From Thermoleophilia bacterium (lineage in GTDB: Bacteria; Actinomycetota; Thermoleophilia; UBA2241), in NCBI GenBank assembly GCA_035686425.1, contig DASRZL010000126.1, positions 1,712-65,711 on the forward strand: 64,000 bases of DNA. Reading direction: 5' to 3'. The notes below the pieces were generated by a model. It made no database searches and was not told the DNA's origin. It worked only from the letters and a program-made list of their open reading frames with translations. Below are positions 1 through 10,096 of this stretch, in pieces (the first letter of the stretch is position 1; every line of letters begins with the position of its first letter). The position numbers were made by a program, and so were the translations under genes.

Positions 1-665
1 ACGTCGCCGTCGCCGACGTCGATGAGGAGCGTGCCGCCGCGTCCGCCGCCGCTCTCGCCGGTCAAGGGGTCGACACGCTCGGCCTCGCCGTCGACGTGAC
101 CGACGAGCGTTCAGTGCGCCGCGCCGTCGCCGACGTGCTCGCGGCCTTCTCCCGGATCGACATCCTGGTCAACGCCGCCGGGGTGACTGTGCGCAAGCGG
201 GCGGAGGATCTCCCGGTGGACGACTGGCGGCGCGTCCTGGAGATCAACGCCACCGGCACCTTCGTCTGCTGCCAGGCCGTCGGCGCGGAGATGGCGCGCA
301 GCGGCGGGGGCGCGATCGTCAATCTGTCCTCCGTGCGGGGGCGGTTCGGCGCGACCTTCGGGCAGGCGGAGTACTCGGCGAGCAAGGGCGCGGTCGACTC
401 CCTGACTCGCTCGCTCGCCGCGCAGTGGGCCGAGCTCGGTATCCGTGTGAACGCCGTCGCGCCGACCTTCGTCGAGACCGACCTCACGCGGGCCGTGCTC
501 GCCGACGAAGCCTTCGCCGCCGGCCTGCGCGCAAGCATTCCCATGGGGCGCTGGGCCGAGGCTGCCGACGTGGTCGGTCCCGTGCTCTTCCTCGTCTCGC
601 CGGCGGCGGCGTTCGTCACCGGCCAGATCCTCTACGTGGACGGCGGTCTCACGGCGCGGGTCTGA
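1..665 (+). CDS. Short-chain dehydrogenase/reductase (SDR), 5'-truncated by window edge (in frame from base 3)
   Basis: ORF translation shows SDR catalytic region (NAAG, S...YSASK) and C-terminal VTGQILYVDGG; reading frame is open to the window start. Confidence 0.8.
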   Translation, partial: VAVADVDEERAAASAAALAGQGVDTLGLAVDVTDERSVRRAVADVLAAFSRIDILVNAAGVTVRKRAEDLPVDDWRRVLEINATGTFVCCQAVGAEMARSGGGAIVNLSSVRGRFGATFGQAEYSASKGAVDSLTRSLAAQWAELGIRVNAVAPTFVETDLTRAVLADEAFAAGLRASIPMGRWAEAADVVGPVLFLVSPAAAFVTGQILYVDGGLTARV

Positions 666-917
666 GCGTTCGCGGACCCCGCGGCAGGGCGCTCGGGGGG
701 ATGCTTGACCTGCTCCCGGCCATCTGCAAGAGTGTTCGCATCATGGACTAGCAGTTCCGTATCGTGGGCATTTCGCCCTTGAGCGGACGGCCGGATGGGA
801 CCCCGGTGACGGGGTCGCCGGGCTGTGGGCGAGCTCGCTCGTCACAGCCGCATCGCGCGAAAGCCGCTCCCCGGTCCGTCGCCCGTGAGCCGGACACGAC
901 GCGAGAGGAGACGTGCG

Positions 918-1718
918 ATGGCTGAGCGTGAGATCTGGAGCGTCGACAAGATCCGCGGCCTGTTCGATCTGACCGGCAAGGTCGCGATCGTGACCGGCGG
1001 GTCGGGGGCCTTCGGCCACGACGCCGCCAAGGCGATGGCCGCCTTCGGTGCGAGTGTGGTCGTCACGAGCCGGCGCGCCGAGAACGTCGAGTCGGCCGCG
1101 GCCGACATCGCCGAGGCGACCGGCGCGCGGGTGCTGCCCGTCTCGTGCGATGCGGTCGACCCGGAGAGCGTCGAGGCCATGGTACAGAAGACCGTCGACG
1201 AGTTCGGCAAGGTCGACATCCTCGTCACTGCCGCCGGCCAGGCCAACCGCTTCGCCGCCGAGGAGTTCCCGCTCGACGAGTGGCAGAAGGTCATGGACTC
1301 GCTCGTCAAGGGTACGTATGTCGTCTGCCAGGCTGTCGGCAAACGCATGATCGCCCAGGGCGGCGGCAAGATCATCACCGTCGGCTCCGTGCGCGGCGAG
1401 CTCGGGCATCCCGGAGGGTATTCCGCCTACGGCACCGCCAAGGGCGCGGTACACCTGCTCACCAAGCAACTCGCCGCCGAGTGGGCCAAGTACCACATCA
1501 ACGTGAACTCCATCGCCCCCTGCATCTTCTGGACCCCGCTCACGCAGCAGGTCCTCGACGACCCCGAGCTCTACAAGATCTTCATGCAGCGCATCCCGTG
1601 GGGCCGCGCCGCGGATCCTCAGGACTTCATGGGCGCGACGGTCTACCTCGCCTCGGCGGCGTCCGACTTCGTCACCGGGGACATCCTGATGGTCGACGGC
1701 GGCAGCACCGCCGCCTGA
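918..1718 (+). CDS. Short-chain dehydrogenase/reductase (SDR family oxidoreductase)
   Basis: N-terminal Rossmann TGGSGAFG, catalytic YxxxK (YSAYGTAKGA); ATG at 918 preceded by GAGAGGAG RBS; the longer ORF upstream of 918 is GC-frame read-through. Confidence 0.8.
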   Translation: MAEREIWSVDKIRGLFDLTGKVAIVTGGSGAFGHDAAKAMAAFGASVVVTSRRAENVESAAADIAEATGARVLPVSCDAVDPESVEAMVQKTVDEFGKVDILVTAAGQANRFAAEEFPLDEWQKVMDSLVKGTYVVCQAVGKRMIAQGGGKIITVGSVRGELGHPGGYSAYGTAKGAVHLLTKQLAAEWAKYHINVNSIAPCIFWTPLTQQVLDDPELYKIFMQRIPWGRAADPQDFMGATVYLASAASDFVTGDILMVDGGSTAA

Positions 1719-1741
1719 CCCTCCGGCTGAAGGGGGCTGCA

Positions 1742-2692
1742 GTGAGCACCACGGGTGCTGAGTGCGTCGCCGTCATCGGGGGCGGCATGATGGGCGTCGG
1801 CGTGGCCCAGGTCTTCGCCGCCGCCGGGCATGAGGTCGCGCTCCAGGACGTGTCTCAGGAGGCCCTCGAGCGTGCCCCGGGCACGCTCGCGGCGAACCTC
1901 GCCTTCCTCGCCGAGCACGGTCTCTTCTCGGCCGACGGCGTCGCTGACGCCGTCGGCCGCGTGCGCACCACCGCGGACCTTGCGGAGGCGGCCGCCGGCG
2001 CCGACGTCGTCGTCGAGTGCGTGTTCGAGGATCTCACCCTCAAGCAAGAGGTCTTCGAGCGTCTCGACGCCGTCTGCCCGGTCGAGACGATCCTGTGCAC
2101 CAATACATCGGTGATGGGCATCACCGAGATCGGCGCCCGCACCGTGCGCAAGGAGCGGGTCGTTGGCACGCACTTCTGGAACCCGCCGTACCTGATCCCG
2201 CTGGTCGAAGTCGTGCGCACCGAGCACGTCGATCCAGTCGTGGTCGAGCGCACCATGGACCTGCTGCGACGCGTGGGCAAGCACCCGATCGTCTGCAAGA
2301 AGGACGTCCCTGGCTTCGTCGCCAATCGCCTGCAGCATGCCCTCTGGCGGGAGGCCATCTCGATCGTCGAGCGGGGCATCGCCGACGCGGAGACGGTGGA
2401 CGAGAGCATTCGCTACGGTCCCGGCCTTCGCCTGCCGATCCTGGCGCCGATGGAGAACGCGGACATGGTGGGTCTCGACCTCACGCTGGCGATCCACGAC
2501 TACATCCTGCCGCACCTCGAAGCCTCGGGCGAGCCGTCGCCGCTCTTGCGCGCGAAGGTCGAGGCCGGGGATCTCGGGTTCAAGAGCGGCAAGGGGTTCG
2601 CCGAGTGGACGCCCGAGTCGGCCGAGGCGTCGCGGAGGCGTTTGGCGGCCTACCTGGTGCACGTGCTGGGCGATCCCGAGCGGGGGTTCTGA
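1742..2692 (+). CDS. 3-hydroxyacyl-CoA dehydrogenase family protein (L-carnitine dehydrogenase-like)
   Basis: VAVIGGGMMGVGVAQVFAAAGHEV NAD-binding N-terminus, 3HCDH N- and C-domains, about 316 aa; GTG start after AAGGGGG RBS. Confidence 0.75.
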   Translation: MSTTGAECVAVIGGGMMGVGVAQVFAAAGHEVALQDVSQEALERAPGTLAANLAFLAEHGLFSADGVADAVGRVRTTADLAEAAAGADVVVECVFEDLTLKQEVFERLDAVCPVETILCTNTSVMGITEIGARTVRKERVVGTHFWNPPYLIPLVEVVRTEHVDPVVVERTMDLLRRVGKHPIVCKKDVPGFVANRLQHALWREAISIVERGIADAETVDESIRYGPGLRLPILAPMENADMVGLDLTLAIHDYILPHLEASGEPSPLLRAKVEAGDLGFKSGKGFAEWTPESAEASRRRLAAYLVHVLGDPERGF

Positions 2693-2714
2693 GACGGCCG
2701 AGCGGCGCGACGGA

Positions 2715-3443
2715 GTGCAGGTCCTCTCGCGCGCGGCGCTGTTGCTGCGGGCGCTCTCCGTCACGCCCGAGGGCTTGACTCCCATCGCGCTCGCCGACCA
2801 GGTCGGCCTGCCGCGCTCCACCTGCTACCGCATCGTCGGCGCGCTCTGCCAGGAGGGGCTCATGCGCCTCTCGCCCTCGGGCAAGCTGCACATCGGCGCC
2901 GGTCTCATCAGCCTCGCCGCCGCCGGCCGGCGCGATCTGCGGCACGAGTCGGCTCCGCTCCTCGAGCGCCTGTCACTCGAGCTGCACGAGACCGTGGAGC
3001 TCGTCGTGCTCGACGGCGACGAGGCGCTGTTCACCGACCAGTACGTCCCGCAACGCTCGCTGCGCGTGGTGGCGGAGGTGGGCGACCGCTTTCCGCTCTA
3101 CTGCACCGCGTGCGGCAAGGCGCTGCTGGCCGAGCTGCCGGACGCGGAGGCGGCGCGTCTGGTACCGCCGCGTCTCGAGCCGCTCACCAGCCACACCATC
3201 GTCGACCGGGACGCGCTCTTCCGGGAGGTCGAGGAGGCGCGGATCACCGGCGTGGCCTACGACCACCAGGAACACACGCTCGGCGTATCCGCGGTGGGCG
3301 CCGCCCTCAAGGATGCCGGCGGCGCCATGGCCGCCATCACCGTGGCCATGCCGGCCGCTCGCCTCGACGGCCACGAGGAGCGCATCTCCGCCGCGCTCCT
3401 ACGTACTCGCGACGACATCCAGCAGGCCATCGACGCGAGCTGA
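2715..3443 (+). CDS. IclR family transcriptional regulator
   Basis: N-terminal wHTH (VQVLSRAALLLRAL...GLPRSTCYRIV) and C-terminal IclR effector domain; start choice (GTG 2715) uncertain. Confidence 0.75.
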   Translation: MQVLSRAALLLRALSVTPEGLTPIALADQVGLPRSTCYRIVGALCQEGLMRLSPSGKLHIGAGLISLAAAGRRDLRHESAPLLERLSLELHETVELVVLDGDEALFTDQYVPQRSLRVVAEVGDRFPLYCTACGKALLAELPDAEAARLVPPRLEPLTSHTIVDRDALFREVEEARITGVAYDHQEHTLGVSAVGAALKDAGGAMAAITVAMPAARLDGHEERISAALLRTRDDIQQAIDAS

Positions 3444-3642
3444 CCGGCGGCCGCCTCCAACGCCGGATCCGTATTGACAGCGGATTCGGGACGTCTTAGC
3501 GTATCCACGATACGGCATTTCGTGTCCGAGATGCGGATAGTCGAGCACCGGGCGCACGGCCGCCACATCATCGTCGGCGGGCAGTCCGGGTGCGCGAGAG
3601 CCCGTCTGCCGTGACTGTAACGAGACCGAGGAGAGTAAGCCC

Positions 3643-4602
3643 ATGGGCAAGAAGGTATTCGTTGACCTCACACATCCTTTCAGCGCGGAGATTCCCCGGT
3701 GGCCGTACTTCGTGAAGCCGGTCATCGACTCCATGCACACCCTGGCGAAGGGCGGTGTCCTCACGCAACGCATCGACTGCGTGCAGCACACCGGCACCCA
3801 CGCCGACGCTCCTCGTCACGTCATGGAGCGCGAGTTCAACGGCAAACGTGCCCGCTACACGCACGAGATGCCGGTCGACGCCTACACCGGCGACGCCGTC
3901 TGCCTCGACATCCAGATCGAGAAGTGGGGCCTCATCCTGCCCGCGCATATCGAGGACGCCTGCGAGCGCGCCGGCATCAAGCCTGAGGAGCTCAAGGGCA
4001 TGGTCGTGTGCCTCAACACCGGCATGCACCGCAAGTTCGACGACTCCATGGACTACTACCAGTACTCCTGCGGCACCGGCGTCGAGGTCGGCAGGTGGTT
4101 CGTCGAAAGGCAGGTCAAGGTCGTGGCCATGGACATGCAGGCCCTCGACCATCCGCTCCACACCGCGATGGGCAAGAACGGCCCGCCGCAGATGAACCTC
4201 CCGGGCGCCTCCGGCCGTCCGATCACCGAGGAGTACATCGAGAAGTACGGCATCGAGGCCTACGCCGAGTTCGAGAAGGCCGTCTACATCGAGGTGCACG
4301 GCCAGGACGCCTACGACGCCAAGTTCGGCGACCTCGAGGCGATCGGCTGCGAGGGGACCTGGGAGCCCTGCCACAAGCAGATGCTCGGCCACGGCATCGT
4401 CGGCGTCGAGAACCTCGGCGGCGACCTGGACAAGGTCAGGGGCAAGCGGTTCCGCTTCTTCTGCTTCCCGATCCGCTGGTATATGGGCGACGGCTCCATG
4501 GTGCGCTGCGCCGCCGAGATCGACGAGGACGACCTGAACGACGTGCCGGATCGCACGTACACCTACGCCGGCACCGGCTACGGTCCCGGAGCCGGCTACT
4601 GA
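3643..4602 (+). CDS. Cyclase family protein (kynurenine formamidase-like, PF04199)
   Basis: Conserved HTGTHADAP cyclase motif; strong GAGGAG RBS; gene visibly lower in GC than its neighbours. Confidence 0.75.
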   Translation: MGKKVFVDLTHPFSAEIPRWPYFVKPVIDSMHTLAKGGVLTQRIDCVQHTGTHADAPRHVMEREFNGKRARYTHEMPVDAYTGDAVCLDIQIEKWGLILPAHIEDACERAGIKPEELKGMVVCLNTGMHRKFDDSMDYYQYSCGTGVEVGRWFVERQVKVVAMDMQALDHPLHTAMGKNGPPQMNLPGASGRPITEEYIEKYGIEAYAEFEKAVYIEVHGQDAYDAKFGDLEAIGCEGTWEPCHKQMLGHGIVGVENLGGDLDKVRGKRFRFFCFPIRWYMGDGSMVRCAAEIDEDDLNDVPDRTYTYAGTGYGPGAGY

Positions 4603-4732
4603 TCCGCCTGTCGCCCCCAGGGGCCGACGGCGTGGCGCCCGTTGGCGTTCGCAACGGGACGGCACGGTGTGGCGCTTGACGGCGTTCGTATTCATTCGGA
4701 GAAGCCGGACACGGCTCGAGAAGGAGTGAGGC

Positions 4733-5083
4733 ATGGAGGTCACCAGGTACGACGAGGCCCCGAGCTACGAGGCCCCCGGACATTTCGACGTGTACGGCCT
4801 GCGCCTGCAGGGGTTCGAGGTCAGCAAGACCCGCAACTTCTGGATGAGCATCTCTCACTTCCTGCCCGGGGGCGGCTGCGAGTACGTCGCCACCCCGATC
4901 GAGAAGGTCTACTTCGTGCTCGAGGGTGAAGTCACCGTCAAGACGGAGGAGGGCGAGGTCATCCTCAAGAAGTGGGACTCCATCTACCTGGCGCCGGACG
5001 AGGCCCGCTCGATCCTGAACCACACCAACTCGCCGGCGACGATGCTCGTCGCAATCCCCTATCCGGAGCCCCGCGAGTTCTGA
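4733..5083 (+). CDS. Cupin domain protein
   Basis: Small 116-aa beta-barrel protein with cupin-like motif, GGAG RBS. Confidence 0.55.
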   Translation: MEVTRYDEAPSYEAPGHFDVYGLRLQGFEVSKTRNFWMSISHFLPGGGCEYVATPIEKVYFVLEGEVTVKTEEGEVILKKWDSIYLAPDEARSILNHTNSPATMLVAIPYPEPREF

Positions 5084-5224
5084 GCCGGGACTGCGGGAGC
5101 GTGTCCCGGGTTCTCCGGCGGGGACGACGCGCGCACGCGGACGGCACGGGGACGGACCTCCGCCCTCGCGTGTGCACCCGCGCGCCAGACAATTCCCGAC
5201 CCCACGACCTCCGAGGAGGCCATC

Positions 5225-6055
5225 ATGCCCAGACCGATCATCACCGCGGCGCTCACGGGACCCGTGGCGACCAAGGCCGACAACGCCGGCATGCCGGGGA
5301 ACGTGGCGGAGATCGCCGCGGACGCCAAGGCCTGCCACGAGGCCGGCGCGGCCGTCATCCACATCCACCTGCGTGACGATCGGGGCGAAATGACGGCCGA
5401 CCTCGGCGTCGCGCGGCGCACGGTCGAGGCCGTTCGCGAGGTGTGCCCGGGCATCACGCAGCTCTCCACGGGCGGGCTCCAGTTCACCTACGAAGAACGC
5501 ATGCGCCTGGTCGAGGCGAAGCCCGCGATGGCCACGCTCAACCCTTGCACGATGACCTTCGCCGCCGCGGAGTTCCGCAACCCTCCCAAGCAGATGATGG
5601 AGCTGGCGGCCCGGATGATCGAGCTCGGCGTCAAGCCCGAGGTCGAGATCTACGACACCGGCCATCTCGAGATGATGCTCTACCTGCTGCACAAGGAACT
5701 CCTCGTCCCGCCGCTGCAGGTCTCGTTCGTGATGGGCGTCCGCGGCGGCATGAAGGGCGACCCGGGACTCCTCGCGTACCTCGTACGCGAACTGCCCGAG
5801 GGGACCAGCTGGCAGGTCATCGGCGTGGCCAGGGCCAACCTCCCGATGACGGCGGTCGGCCTGGCCATGGGGGGGAACGCGCGCACCGGCATGGAGGACA
5901 CCCTCGCGCTCGAGAAGGGTGTCCCTGCCGAGTCGAACCGGCAGCTGGTCGAGCGCCTCGTCGGCATCGCCCAGTCGATGCAACTGCAGCCCGCGTCCGT
6001 CGCCGAAGTCGTGGAGCGGCTCCAGCTCCATCCGGAGCTCGTCAACGGAGCCTGA
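5225..6055 (+). CDS. BKACE family enzyme (3-keto-5-aminohexanoate cleavage enzyme-like, DUF849)
   Basis: N-terminal PIITAALTG...HIHLRD and overall 276-aa length typical of Kce/BKACE TIM-barrel enzymes. Confidence 0.75.
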   Translation: MPRPIITAALTGPVATKADNAGMPGNVAEIAADAKACHEAGAAVIHIHLRDDRGEMTADLGVARRTVEAVREVCPGITQLSTGGLQFTYEERMRLVEAKPAMATLNPCTMTFAAAEFRNPPKQMMELAARMIELGVKPEVEIYDTGHLEMMLYLLHKELLVPPLQVSFVMGVRGGMKGDPGLLAYLVRELPEGTSWQVIGVARANLPMTAVGLAMGGNARTGMEDTLALEKGVPAESNRQLVERLVGIAQSMQLQPASVAEVVERLQLHPELVNGA

Positions 6056-6096
6056 GGCAAGCGCGGTCCGAGCGTACCGCGGGGCGGAACCGTTGC

Positions 6097-6124
6097 TTGA
6101 CAGTCTGGAGCCCGGCTATATGAT
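6097..6124 (+). promoter_or_regulatory. Near-consensus sigma-70-type promoter (TTGACA-N16-TATGAT) upstream of the Liv-type ABC operon
   Basis: Sequence read directly; followed by the two CCGTAT(C/G)GTGG boxes. Confidence 0.5.
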
Positions 6125-6345
6125 GCCCGTATCGTGGGAGGGAACGTCCGTATGGTGGATGGCCATGGAGGTGGTATCGCACCGTTGACTAGGCTCTGAG
6201 AGGTGCGCGCGCGGTGTTCTGAGGCAGTCGGTACGGGCGCCCGTTCGCAGCACCGGCATTCGAGAAGGCCATCGGGGGGGTCCCGGCCCGCCGCGTCGCC
6301 CGGCTTGGGCGACGGACGGGGGCGGGACCACGTTAAGGAGGCGGT

Positions 6346-7716
6346 ATGAGTTCAGAGGACAAAACCCGCAAGACGACCGAGACGGGCATCAAGACGCCGA
6401 TCTCTCGTCGTGACTTCCTCAAGACGGCCGGCGCCACCGGCCTTGCTCTGGGCGCCACCGGTGGGCTCGGGGGCGTGCTCGCCGCGTGCGGGGGCGAGAG
6501 CAGCGACACCGCCAGTGAGGGCGAAGGCCGCGAGATCAAGATCGGCTTCGTGTCGCCGCTCACCGGTCCGTTGGCGGCCTTCGGCGAGGCGGACCAGTTC
6601 TGCGTCGACCAGTGGAGCGAAGCTGTCGCCGACGGCCTCGCCACGGCCGACGGCGCGGTGCACCCGATCAACTTCATCATCAAGGACTCGCAGTCAGACT
6701 CGAACCGCGCCGCGACCGTGGCCGGCGACCTCATCAACAACGACGCCGTGGACATCATGATGGTCGCCTCCACGCCGGACACGGTGCCGCCGGTGGCGGA
6801 CCAGTGCGAGGCGTTCGGCGTCCCGTGCGTGTCCAACGACTGTCCGTGGCAGGCCTACTTCTTCGGCCGCGGCGGCGATCCCGAGAACCCATTCAAGTGG
6901 ACCTACCACTCCTTCTGGGGTTCCGAGTCGGCGGCCGCCGTGTTCATGTCCATGTGGGACAGCTTCCCGACCAACAAGAAGATCGGCGTGATGTGGCCGA
7001 ACGACGCCGACGGCAACGCGTGGGCCGACGCCGAGACGGGCATGCCCACCTTCTGGGGCCCCGCCGGCTACAAGTTCACCGACCCCGGCCGGTATCAGAA
7101 CGGCACGGAGGACTTCACCTCCCAGATCTCCAAGTTCAAGGCCGCAGGCGTTGACATCCTCAACGGCGTCATGATCCCGCCCGACTTCACGAACTTCTGG
7201 AAGCAGGCCTATCAGCAGGGCCTCAAGCCCCCGTTGGTCACCATCGCGAAGGCTCTCCTCTTCCCGTCGGCCCTCGAGGCTGTTGGCGACATCGGCTACG
7301 GCCTCACCACTGAGGTGTGGTGGACGCCGCAGCATCCGTTCACCTCGTCACTCACCGGCCAGACCAGCCAGGAGATCGGCGACGCCTACGAGTCGACGAC
7401 CGGGAAGCAGTGGACGCAGCCGATCATGCACTACGCCGTGTTCGAGGTCGTGGCCGACGCCATCAAGCGCACCGAGAACATCGACGACAAAGAGCAGATC
7501 ATCGCCGCCGTCCAAGCCACCGACATCGAGACCATCAGCGGCCCCGTCCACTGGAACGGAAGCGACCTGAACCCGGTCCCGAACGTCTGCATCACGCCGC
7601 TCGTGGGCGGCCAGTGGGTCCAGGGGGAGAGCTACCCGTTCGACCTCAAGATCGTGGAGAACTCCATCGCCCCGGAGGTGCCCACCAACGCCGAGATCGC
7701 GCAGATGGAATACTGA
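6346..7716 (+). CDS. ABC transporter substrate-binding protein (branched-chain amino acid/amide-binding family), Tat-lipoprotein signal
   Basis: RRDFLKTAGATGLALGA Tat motif followed by LAACGG lipobox; type I periplasmic binding fold; first gene of a Liv-type operon. Confidence 0.8.
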   Translation: MSSEDKTRKTTETGIKTPISRRDFLKTAGATGLALGATGGLGGVLAACGGESSDTASEGEGREIKIGFVSPLTGPLAAFGEADQFCVDQWSEAVADGLATADGAVHPINFIIKDSQSDSNRAATVAGDLINNDAVDIMMVASTPDTVPPVADQCEAFGVPCVSNDCPWQAYFFGRGGDPENPFKWTYHSFWGSESAAAVFMSMWDSFPTNKKIGVMWPNDADGNAWADAETGMPTFWGPAGYKFTDPGRYQNGTEDFTSQISKFKAAGVDILNGVMIPPDFTNFWKQAYQQGLKPPLVTIAKALLFPSALEAVGDIGYGLTTEVWWTPQHPFTSSLTGQTSQEIGDAYESTTGKQWTQPIMHYAVFEVVADAIKRTENIDDKEQIIAAVQATDIETISGPVHWNGSDLNPVPNVCITPLVGGQWVQGESYPFDLKIVENSIAPEVPTNAEIAQMEY

Positions 7717-7792
7717 GTGTGGCTGACCCGACCCCGCTGCCCAATCCTGCTCCGCCGCGTCACCACGAGGTAGAAGCGATGCAGGATGGTAG

Positions 7793-8524
7793 ATGCTCAT
7801 GACCGTGGTGCTCCAGACCACCGGACTCAACAAGTCCTTCGGTGGCGTGAAGGTCATCGACGACTTGAGCGTGCAGCTCCACGAAGGCGAAGCACTGGGC
7901 ATCGTCGGGCCGAACGGCGCCGGGAAGACGACGTTCTTCAACCTCGTCACCGGCGTGTATCGGCCCGACTCGGGTCGGGTCGAGTTCAAGGGCAAGGACG
8001 TGACGCACGTTGCGCGGCAGGGCATCTGCCGGCTCGGACTGGGACGGACTTACCAGATCCCGAAGCCGTTCTCGGACATGAGCGTGTTCGAGAACGTGCT
8101 GGTGTGCGCCGCGTATGCCCGCGGCGCGAGCGAGCGCGCCAGCTACCGGCGCTGCGTCGAGGTGCTCGAGCAGACGCGGCTCGCCCACAAGGCCAATCAC
8201 CAGGCGGGCGCCCTGCCCCTGCTCGACCGCAAGCGGCTCGAGCTGGCCAGGGCGCTCGCCGGCGATCCCACGGTATTGCTCCTGGACGAGATCGCCGGCG
8301 GCCTCACCGAGACCGAGGTCGAGGTCCTCATCGGCACCATCAAGGAGCTGCGCCAGGGCGGTATCTCGATCGTCTGGATCGAGCACATCGTCCACGCGCT
8401 GCTCGCGGTCGTCGATCGCATCTGCGCCATCAGCTTCGGCGCCCTGCTCATCGAGGGCGACCCCAACGAGGTCATGTGCAGCGACGAAGTACAGGCCTGC
8501 TACATGGGGGGGACGCCGATATGA
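7793..8524 (+). CDS. ABC transporter ATP-binding protein (LivG-like)
   Basis: Walker A GPNGAGKTT, signature and Walker B LLLDE; start could be ATG 7799. Confidence 0.85.
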   Translation: MLMTVVLQTTGLNKSFGGVKVIDDLSVQLHEGEALGIVGPNGAGKTTFFNLVTGVYRPDSGRVEFKGKDVTHVARQGICRLGLGRTYQIPKPFSDMSVFENVLVCAAYARGASERASYRRCVEVLEQTRLAHKANHQAGALPLLDRKRLELARALAGDPTVLLLDEIAGGLTETEVEVLIGTIKELRQGGISIVWIEHIVHALLAVVDRICAISFGALLIEGDPNEVMCSDEVQACYMGGTPI

Positions 8525-9219
8525 GCATCCTGGAGGTCAAGGACGTCGACGTCTTCTACGGCGACTTCCAGGCCCTGTTCTCGGTCAGCTTCTCCGTCGA
8601 GGAAGGACAGACGTTCGCGTTCATCGGCGCCAACGGCGGCGGCAAGTCCACGCTGCTCAAGACGCTCGCCGGCCTGCTCAGGCCGACGTCGGGCGAGGTG
8701 CTGTTCCAGGGCGAGGCCATCAACAACGTGCCGGCCCACACGCGTGTGGGCATGGGCATCGCCCTCGTGCCCGAGGGACGTCGCGTGTTCCCGAGCCTCA
8801 CGGTCCACGAGAACCTGCTCATCGGCGCCTACGGGGGCCGCAAGGGCGAGTGGAACGTCGAGTCGGTGCTGGAGCTCTTCCCGCTTCTCAGGCCTCTCAT
8901 CAAGCGTCAGGCCTCCAGCCTGTCGGGCGGCGAGCAGCAAGCGCTGGCCATCGGGCGGGCGCTCATGTCCAACCCTCACCTCATCCTCCTGGACGAAGTC
9001 TCGCTCGGTCTCGCACCCGTCGTCATCAAGCGCATCTACGAGGCGATGGGCCACCTGGTGCAGAAGGGCACGACCATCCTCGTGGTCGAGCAAGACGTGC
9101 AGCACGTGCTCACGGTGGCCGACTACGTCGCCTGCTTCCTCGAGGGCAGGATCTCGCTGGAGGGCCAGCCCGGCGACCTGAGTTCCGAGCAAATCACCGC
9201 GGCCTACTTCGGGATGTGA
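8521..9219 (+). CDS. ABC transporter ATP-binding protein (LivF-like)
   Basis: GANGGGKST Walker A, LSGGEQQ signature, ILLDE Walker B; ATGA overlap with upstream ATPase. Confidence 0.85.
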   Translation: MSILEVKDVDVFYGDFQALFSVSFSVEEGQTFAFIGANGGGKSTLLKTLAGLLRPTSGEVLFQGEAINNVPAHTRVGMGIALVPEGRRVFPSLTVHENLLIGAYGGRKGEWNVESVLELFPLLRPLIKRQASSLSGGEQQALAIGRALMSNPHLILLDEVSLGLAPVVIKRIYEAMGHLVQKGTTILVVEQDVQHVLTVADYVACFLEGRISLEGQPGDLSSEQITAAYFGM

Positions 9220-9223
9220 TCGC

Positions 9224-10096
9224 ATGGATTGGGTGAATGTCGCCGTACAGGGGGTCCTCCTGGGCGGGCTGTTCGCACTGTTCGCGACCGGGCTCGCCCT
9301 CGTCTTCGGCGTGATGCGCCTGGTCAACCTCGCTCACGGCGACCTCGGCATCCTCGCCGCGTTCGTCGCCCTGTTTCTGCTGGACAGCTTCAGCCTGGGC
9401 GTGTTCTGGGCGTCCCTCGCGTCAATCGCCATCATGTTCTGCGTGGGCTACGTGCTGCAGCGCGGGCTGCTCAACTACACCATCGGCACCGACGATACGC
9501 GGCCGATCCTGGTCACGTTCGGTTTGTCGATCATCATCCAGAACGCGCTCATCATGCAGTTCTCGGCCGACTCACAGGGCCTTGACGCGGGAGCCATCGA
9601 GAACGCCAGCGTCCGCATCACGGACCAGCTCGCCGTCGGCTGGTACCCGCTGATCGTGTTCGGCGTCGCCGTCGCGGTCATCGCGGCGCTCCAGCTGTTC
9701 CTCAACAGGACGACCCTCGGCCGTGCCTTCCGGGCCACCTCCGACGATCAGGAAGCGGCCGAGCTCATGGGCATCAACAACCGCCACATCTACAGCCTGG
9801 CCATGGCCATCGCCCTGGCCATCGTCGCCCTCGCCGGGATCCTGCTCGCGGTCCGCACGACGTTCGACCCGAGTCAGGGCCCGTTCCGCCTCATCTTCGC
9901 CTTCGAGGCGGTCATCATGGGCGGCATGGGCTCCATCTGGGGCACGCTCATCGGCGGCATCATCCTCGGCGTCTCGCAGACCTTGGGCGCCCAGGCCTTC
10001 GGCGCCGGCTGGGGCATCTTCGTGGGGCACGTCGTGTTCCTGGCGGTCCTGGCCTTCAAGCCGAGCGGCTTCTTCGCGAAGACGGTGACGGCATGA
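9224..10096 (+). CDS. Branched-chain amino acid ABC transporter permease (LivH-like)
   Basis: Polytopic membrane protein with LVNLAHGD motif typical of LivH. Confidence 0.8.
   Translation: MDWVNVAVQGVLLGGLFALFATGLALVFGVMRLVNLAHGDLGILAAFVALFLLDSFSLGVFWASLASIAIMFCVGYVLQRGLLNYTIGTDDTRPILVTFGLSIIIQNALIMQFSADSQGLDAGAIENASVRITDQLAVGWYPLIVFGVAVAVIAALQLFLNRTTLGRAFRATSDDQEAAELMGINNRHIYSLAMAIALAIVALAGILLAVRTTFDPSQGPFRLIFAFEAVIMGGMGSIWGTLIGGIILGVSQTLGAQAFGAGWGIFVGHVVFLAVLAFKPSGFFAKTVTA

Noticed and set aside
4436-6031. Long antisense ORFs (for example 4436..6031 -, 9874..12240 -, 44940..47168 -, 56204..59035 -, 11298..13016 +) overlapping well-supported genes
   Set aside because: These are typical stop-codon-poor alternative frames of 70%-GC DNA. 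Their translations are Arg/Ala/Pro-rich low-complexity sequences with no domain signatures, and they overlap genes with clear homology on the other frame or strand.
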